From Laetmonice hystrix (taxonomy: Eukaryota), in the NCBI GenBank assembly GCA_965235115.1, contig OZ249436.1, positions 9,116,001 through 9,180,000 on the forward strand: DNA of 64,000 bases, read 5' to 3'. The translations under genes were made by a program, and so were the position numbers. Below, one piece after another: positions 56,301 through 64,000 of this stretch (positions are counted from its first letter, which is position 1; the number at the start of each line of letters is the position of its first letter). Under the pieces are notes generated by a model. That model had not been told where the DNA came from. It ran no database searches and saw nothing but the letters and a program-made list of their open reading frames with translations.

Positions 56301-59300
56301 CCAAAGTAACCAGCCCCCTCCTGCTCACTTGCTCAATGAAAGTGAAAATACTTCAAGCCTCCAAAGTATATGGACGAGACCATACACAGGGATGTGCCCA
56401 GAAATATAGCGGTTAGCGCCTTAGGAAGTAATGAGCAAGAGACGCTATGAGAAGTGATTGTGTACCAGTACACACATTTATCAGATGATAAGCCTAATAA
56501 AAATTGCTGCTGGGTGGCAGTAACTTGTTTAGTTTTGTGCTGGGATAAAACCAGTGCCAGGTGGGACCAGCCAGCATCGTCCAGCGTGGGCACATCCCTG
56601 CATGCACCATTCCTAGCACATTATCCTCCACATCACGCAGGTCTTCTCTGGGTTTCAATCTAGTTATACATATAGCCAGATGCTCACAGTCTTGTGTATT
56701 ACAAGGGGACATTGTGTGAATTGAATTGATATAATGCTCTCAGCAGTGAGACTAGTAGGAATTCATTGTTATCATACCCGGCGTGGGCACATCCCTGGTA
56801 GACAGGCCGGTCACCAAGCCCCTGTCCCTTTACCTGCTCACTACACGAGTCTCAAGCTCGGGAAAGCGATGGCCGCCATAACTGTTCTCAGAGCCATTTC
56901 AGTCCAAAACAAACTTGATGTGTTCAGTCTAGGTATCCCGTCATCAGTAAACACACGCCACGTGCCTTCAGTGGGCAGGCCCTTTGAGACAAGGAGCGGT
57001 GAAAGGCTTAGAATCACCAGTCATTATTAGCACATGTTAGTTTAAAAAAAGTCTTATGGTTGACTGCACCTGCACCCTACTGTCCTATATTACTGCCCAG
57101 TTTGAATGAATAGTTTGTTGTGCAAAAAAAACTATTCTTTTTTAAGCAGCTCAACTGGCTTTGATGCCCTTCAAAATGATATTACCCTGTATGTCTAAGG
57201 TCTAATGGGCCGTTCCCTACAAATGATGAATAAAAACAAGAGCTGGGCTGGCTTTTGTTACATTCCACATGCAGCAACTGCCAGATGAAATAACATCAAT
57301 GCATTCATGATTATGAGGACTTCAACTGAGACTCTCGTGTTTATTTTGTGTTTTATCTTTTTTTATTCTACCAAACATGCCCCTTATGATACATGTAAGG
57401 ACACAATACTGGCTAACTAAAGTCAGACATGACGGCCCAAAAATGAAAGTTGCTGGATCATGGCTTCTGAAATTCCAGCAAGTGCAATTATCATACTCCC
57501 TAAACCAGAATATGGAGTGCAAGAGCAAACGCTCTCCTTTCGTGACAAGGCCTGAAATACTTAAACTTTTTTTTTCTATTTTCTAGCGGTCTGGGCGTTT
57601 ATGTGGTTTGTTTGCTTCTGCTACCTGGCATCTGCTTGGGGACGTACGGATCCAAGCAAGTTTCCCGACGGTGACTACGGCAAGTCAGGGGTGGAGGCAG
57701 CCATCGCATTCTCCTTCTTCTCCATCGCCAGCTTTGTAAGTACTCCCTGACATGTGGCAGATCTGTAGAATCAGAGCATGACATTCAAACATGAAGAGAT
57801 GAGTCTGGAAGTGTATTCCATAGCCTTTACCATCAAAATGTGTCGTAGGTAATGTTTCAGCTGCATTTTGTGATGAGATGTGGTCCTCTGGATTTTTTGG
57901 CGTTGGAGATATTAAATCTAAATCTAGACCATGTGTATTAAGCACAAATTTATATTGCTCTAATGATACCCTCTGAAATGTTTGAGGAAAAATGCATTGC
58001 AGTTTTTGCTAAAAGTACCAATTTTCCATAGGTAAATTAATATTTGTATTTGGTATAGCAATATTTTCAGCGACACCAGGGTCAAAATGCATTGCAGAGG
58101 TCATAGTTTTACATCACAAATTGTGATGCAATACCAAACATTTTGTACCCTGATACCAGAATCCAGTAACCTCAAGATACAGACATGAGGAACTAAGAAG
58201 CGGTTTGATTTTATTGAGATAATAAAATATCTCTGCAGGATCAGGCTGGGTTTGGGGTGTCATGAGAGAATACCTTGTTAGGCTGAAATGAATGAGATTT
58301 TCATATTTTAAATGATAGACTATCTCAAAGAATGCAAAAATAATGATATATTACCACCATTTCTGTCAAGAATGAAATATCATGGTGTTTGTGCCTGGTG
58401 TATATCATAGCCAGTTTGGATTGCCACAAGGTTGCACAGGTGTGGTTATTCATGCCAGCATGTAAACTAAATCTTGATTCATAACAACTTAGAACTGGAG
58501 ATCCCCATACTGCCATAGGGTCTCTAAACTTAGGGGACTTCCGAAATCATCTAATTCACTATAGATTATAACCTATTTTTAGAGCAGTCATGCTATCTTT
58601 AATCTGATCGTAGAAAAGGTTCTGGAATTTCTATTGCTTTGATGTGAGAATACCGCAATATCACGGACCAGCCTGTTCCCTGTCTCCTTATCTATGCAAG
58701 AGTAGAAACAAGGTTTGGTCACGTTGAAATTTATTTCTGTGTGGGTTTGAGCAAATTTGAGTCCGATTGTAATGTATTATACTGCTACACACCACGTTAC
58801 TCAAGCTCTATCTGATTCTGAATGATTGGTTGACACTTGAACTTAAAAATGAATATTGGACTTGTCAAAATAGGACACGAAGCCACGTTTTGTTTTCTTC
58901 AGAATGGGACATTTAGATTGATATTCGCTATTTCAGTCAAACGTAAGAAAGCGTTAAAAAGATCATCTGGTTGTGATGTCATTCTACTATTGAATTTTTC
59001 CAAAACGGTATATTTGATTGACAGAACTCCTCAAGTCTTTGTACTGTGTAAAACTCAAGGCCATATTATATGTCCAGCAAACCGTTCGTTACAATCTTAA
59101 CATTGAAGAGGCTCACGTCGGTGCAAGGTGACACAGTAGGTCCACAGACAGCCTGCCAACTCCCAGCGCTGTGTAGCACTGAGTGTGTGGGCACTGTGCA
59201 GGCGGCCACCATCTCCTGGCCATCAGTCAGGCTACAGGAGCAGCTGACAGCTCTATAGTCTTTGTCATTGTGTGCGGCGGGTGGCGGTACAGGGGAGGAC

Positions 59301-61660
59301 TGTTACTGCCAGTTCCCCCACTTAGCCCCCTCCCCCACCACCAATCCCGACCTAGCCGCCAGTGCTAGAGCTGGCCCCTGCCTCAGCACCCCCTCCACCT
59401 CTCTGATCAATACCAGTGGTTAATTAGTACAGGTTTTACCCAGGCCATCCTTGCTGTGCCCTGCAGGCACACTCCACATCCATACTCTGTGTTTGTAGGC
59501 TAGACAAGCACATGAAGTATCCTGTGGCCAGGCCTCCTTCGACTCCCTGATGAATATTACAAAGTTGCTCATTATCTTGAAACCATCTCGTTTCACAGGC
59601 TCTTTGCAGTTCATGAGCCTCGGCCTTACTGTGCTTGGGGGTTGTGGTAACCATGTTATTGTGTACTAAACGAATCACAAAATTGCCACTAAAATAGTCC
59701 TTTTATCCGTACCCTGAGGCTCACAGCCTAAGGGGAAGGATTTTCCCCCTTCCATTTATAGCAAACGTAATGGAAGTCTCGCAAATGACGCCGTTGGCTT
59801 TGATACTAAATTTTGGGTCATTTAGAATACTAATAGCGTGGGCGTAAGGAGCACCTTATGGTGACAGTTGGATATATTAATATAGGCGATGCTGATGTCG
59901 TTCTATTGCCGATTGCCCAGGCACTATGTTCATGTCCTGTAGTGAAAGAGATCTAGAGAAGTAGTACTCCACGGTGGTGTCAGTCTAAATATAGATGAAG
60001 GATACGGAAGGGCCGAGCATGAGGTACTGACGTCCACACTGCTGACTGTCCGTCCCTCAGTGCTCCTTGCTGGATGTGAAGAGCCTTTAGGCCTGAACAG
60101 CACTGATGGAATACTGGCGTCCCTCAGTGCTCCTCGGTGGATGTGAAGAGCCTTCAGGCCTGAACACCACTGATGGAATACTGTCCGTCCCTCAGTGCTC
60201 CCTGCTGGATGTGAAGAGCCTTTAGGCCTGAACACCACTGATAGAATACTGTCCGTCCTCCGTGCTCCTCGCTGGATGTGAAGAGCCTTTAGGCCTGAAC
60301 ACCACTGATGGAATATTAACCCAGGGATTGACAAACAAAGCATGTTGTATATCGATGTGAAGTGATTGGACCTGTTATATACACAAAACCCTACTGTCGT
60401 AAAACTAATAACACATCTTTCTATACATGTATATCTCCTCAAATAAGTCCTATATGTTTGATGGCTGGGAATACCAGTTAGTAGTGTAGTAAAAGAGGCT
60501 GGAGGTGCAGGTAATGGTATCCCAGACAACGCCATATTTATCCTGGGATGACTGTAGAAAAGGGCAGATGTTTGGGAACATTTTCCAATATGAATACTCG
60601 GGGGTAATTGTGTAATGTAGGATATCATAAAACAATTTGGATTCGCTATATTAGTATATCTAGGTATTTATAGCGTAGCCAAGGGAGTGTTGGCTGTGGA
60701 GCAGCAAACAGTTTGCCACAGCCTAGCAAAACGTATGCTGAATTATAGCCTTGATTTATGGTATTCAGTGTGGGATATTTCCTGGCTGCTAGTCTTATGT
60801 AAGCATGATCTAAGATCTAAGGGTGGTATGGGGGTCAGCAGCAATCGTCTGGTTGCTAACTGAAGCCCATACGTAATCCGTGCCGGATGTGAAACATGAT
60901 ACGGTTGCACCCACTAATGAGCTTAGATCAATTTAATGTGATGGAGACTTCTTTAGGTTGATGGCGAGTGTTGATTATCTGATGTCTGCACCTTGTATCT
61001 CGAGGATCAATCGTATGATTGTTTGGACAAACAGTTATTTTATTTTTGTTACAAGGACTTTTTAAAATCGTTTGATTTCAAAGATGAGTTTGTTGGTGGT
61101 ATAGATGGTAGTGTACAGCGACATACAGGCAATCTGAACAATATTGTGACAGCAACAGATGTTCAGTTAGAAACTCATGAAATCTTGAGGTTAAATAAAA
61201 CAGCTAATTTGTATCTGCAATCTTGCATTGTATCAGTTGACGTTAGTCAGATCTTTCCCATCGATAGGATTATGGTCTGTTTTGGAGGTGATATTTGGCC
61301 TGCATGAGTCTGACTATATGGGACACAGGCCCCGGTTTTCTGTTTCAGATATTTCCATTATCAGAATGGAATTAACATAGTTTTCCGTGTAGAATGATAT
61401 TTTTCTGAGAGTTGTGACTGAGAGTTGTGTCTGTGATTGTATTACAGGGCGGTCTAGCAGCACTGGCTGTGATGCGCTATCGTCAGGGAGCCTCTGACGC
61501 CTTTGCATCCTCGTATGAGCCTGAAGGAACGGTGCAGCCGACTCCTTCCCCCTACTCTACCTACCCAAGTGGAGAGACTGGCGACCCCTACCAGCAACCC
61601 CCCTTCACAGGGCAGGAAGCCAAGGTACCCCCAGGTGACTTCAACCCCCCTACGTATTAG
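53316..61660 (+). CDS. SYNGR: Synaptogyrin (MARVEL tetraspan vesicle protein), about 227 aa
   Basis: Exons 53316-53420 (MEGGGTAYGAGKAGGPFDP..KPQVILRAVSW), 55666-55882 (LFSIIVFGCI..CMYNDDPNACGFGVAVGVIAFL..DIGFS), 57587-57735 (WAFMWFVCFCYL..AAIAFSFFSI), 61448-61660 (RYRQG..PYQQPPF..PPTY stop). Total 684 nt, in frame. Confidence 0.95.
54476..54630. mobile_element. Palindromic MITE (PIF/Harbinger-like termini)
   Basis: GGGGCCGGTTTGACCAAAG..GAAAATAACGACGTCGAAAATTTAACATAGAAGT is mirrored by ACTTCTATGTTAAATTTTCGGCGTCGTTATTTTC..TTTAGTAAAACAGGCCCC. Confidence 0.8.
54734..55401. repeat. 61-bp minisatellite, about 11 copies, synaptogyrin intron 1
   Basis: Unit CAGTGACTGACATCCAGTATCTCAGCAGATATGGTATCCATGATCACTGTTAACATACAGT; period 61. 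Confidence 0.97.
57974..58152 (-). mobile_element. hAT-like MITE, copy 2 (synaptogyrin intron 3)
   Basis: Reverse-complement match to 40053-40240 (GCAATATTTTCAGCGACACCAG, GGTCATAGTTTTACATCACAAATTG), ending ACCCTG. Confidence 0.75.
60040..60317. repeat. ~67-bp minisatellite, about 4 copies, synaptogyrin intron 3
   Basis: Unit CCCTCAGTGCTCC..TGGATGTGAAGAGCCTTTAGGCCTGAACACCACTGATGGAATACTGTCCGT at 60054, 60121, 60189 and ~60255. Confidence 0.9.
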
Positions 61661-64000
61661 ACAACCCAGAACGGTTACCCAAAAAAATCAGTCGTTACAT
61701 AACGCGAATGCCCAGATAGCAGAAAACGTGGAATATTATTCACAGACGACGTGAAGTAGTTGGCCCAGTTGGTCACGGAAGGCGTGTGCAAGAGGTTCCA
61801 GTCACAGCAGTTAAATACAGTACCAGTAGCAAGTGCAGTTCCATACAATCATGTCTGTTTGTTGTACAGTTACAGCAGTAGGGGACAGCTCGGGAGGGAC
61901 CGTGTATGCCACATGTCACTTAGGCTCATCCAGGTGACAGGTGGTCACTCCGCCACATCAGCCCAATTCCAAAGTACACATGAGGCTGTTAGTATTTACT
62001 TTGACAAAAGTCCCGCATTGGAACGTGAGTTTGTGGGTTGAACATTAGTTCATCCAACGGTGGCTGAGGCCAGAAGTAGCTGTATTTACCTGCAGAACTC
62101 CACACTGAACAGTCAGCAAATACCTTCACTCTACAAAACACGGCAGCCAGGGTCAGGCCTCCTGAGGTATTGGAGAATGATGACAAGTTAGTGACGTCTT
62201 TTTCCCAGGGCCCTGACTGGTAGCCACCCTACTACACTTGAATGTACCTCTGCCCGGAATAGACACCGACAAATTGAAAGACCATGTGGCAAGTCTGCCC
62301 AGATTTGTGTCGAGAGTTTTGTGCCATATTCGACCTTCATTTGTTGCTTCGCAGTATGGATTTGGCCTTACAGTGCCATATGAAAATGATCCGTGTGCAG
62401 TCCGAATAAATCTTTTTATCCTTGGTTCTGAAAATTATCACTATAGTAGATGTTCAGTCCGTAAATGCAGGTACTTCTTGGCAAGCCTTTGAATGAAACA
62501 AAACGGGACGGTTACCATCAGTGAAATAATAACGGGACTGGAGTATGTTTAATCGTCATGTATACTTACATCTGAGTAGATAATTTCTGTTTGATTATTA
62601 TGATTTGTAAATTATTGTTAATTTGTAATATATGAATTATATATATATATATGAAGAGAGATGTGTATGTGTGTGGGTGTATGTCTTTACCTTCTATGGT
62701 TACTCTACACAGTTAGTTGCGTATTATTTAGAGTGTGTTATTTCAGCAGCTATGCAGGAATGCCAGGGCAAATTCCATGTGCTTGTCGATCGAGCCAATT
62801 GAACCATTGCTATAATGTAATAATTGTTCAGGCATAATGCAGTAGCGACAGTCTGTGTAACATACATAATTCATTGAGTTTTCCAGTTAATCCAAACCAA
62901 TTCTGTAAGACACACTGTTACCAAAGGTATTTCATGCCTTGTTGCTTCGAGGTTCCTGTACCGATATGTTTGCTAGAAGCTAGCCTGAGTTTTTATTTTG
63001 ACGAGAATAGACATACCAACGGCTACATGGTTTGTGTGGACACAGAGTGACGGCACAGTCTGATCGTAGAGTGACCAACGGCGTGACATTGTAGGGGTTT
63101 CCAGACATGAGAACCACAAGATGTTGTAGACGAGGGTGAAGTCAGTCAGAGCCAGCAACATGGTATCAATCATTTCACGGCAATCTATGGAAGCCCATGA
63201 AAAAAAAGACATGCTATGGTCCCAAAATATCTGCGAATGTTTCTTCCGTACAAGATTTGAAGGCTCTGATATTGTTCTGTCTCATTTACATGGATCTATA
63301 AGGCAGAATGAGAGTGAACGAGGGAAGTTTGGGCATTCGTGGTACTGCACTAAGTTGGTGCCGCAATTAGACTGCAGGCGGTTCTGATGGCAGAAGCAGG
63401 TGTCTGGGTGAGGAAGAGTGCCAGCATTTAAAAGGCCTTTTGGAAGTCATGTTGGATTATTTGTGAATGATTCAAGCAAGACAGGAACTTCCTTGTTCTG
63501 TTTAAAAGTTAAATTTGATCAATAGTAATTGTATTCCTTGACGTTGACACGTTTGAAGTTGAAAATTTGTGCTTTTTTTTGCCTAAGTAGTACCAAGTGG
63601 TGGTACCAGCAAGGAACAAGGTAACAGTCATTATATTAATGTAAGAGCATGAGAAAGGTGCCATTGTTGTTTTGACCATAAACATATCAGTTTTGTGTGG
63701 TTGGCGTTGCCGGATGCAGCTGAGGTCTGACCCGTCACTGGGGAAACGGGAGAACATTAGGTACTTGTACCGTGTCAGAAGAACTGAAACATACATTGTA
63801 GCCTTCTCCGTCTGATTAAAGACAAGTCGGATATGTGGGTCGATGTCGTCTATAACCAGTACACAAGGTGAAATATGTAGAGGCCCCCTGAGATCGCATG
63901 CACAGTCGTATCGTTCAGTGGAGAAATGTTACCAGATCAATAAGTAATGTATATGAATTCCATCAATACTTGCAAATCAATAACACTTACATATAAAAGG

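Noticed and set aside
59930..60628. 232-aa minus-strand ORF in synaptogyrin intron 3
   Set aside because: Length is inflated by the 67-bp tandem repeat; no recognisable domain.

Overview
Animal (invertebrate bilaterian, possibly lophotrochozoan; taxon not determinable here) nuclear DNA with five intron-containing genes, reconstructed by hand from splice sites and reading phase. In order: an LMTK/AATK-family kinase (+, 5' end not resolved in the window), WDR13 (-), a 192-aa Rac1-type GTPase (+, divergent from WDR13), the ribosome-collision E3 ligase ZNF598 (-) and synaptogyrin (+, divergent from ZNF598). Introns and UTRs hold many short non-autonomous DNA transposons (MITEs), one tRNA-derived SINE head and five minisatellites. 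There is no prokaryote-type system, CRISPR array or autonomous transposon. The most notable observations: (1) the LMTK kinase has Gln in place of the beta3 catalytic Lys and four SLExEL repeats in its tail; (2) WDR13 has a U12-type intron, a GC-AG intron and several candidate cassette/micro-exons, including two 9-nt microexons 41 nt apart, one in-frame and one carrying a stop; (3) a promoter-like motif cluster lies inside WDR13 intron 1; (4) a 75-bp minisatellite abuts and duplicates a kinase splice acceptor; (5) the LMTK-RAC-ZNF598-SYNGR linkage echoes vertebrate paralogous regions. Exon calls are predictions without transcript data.
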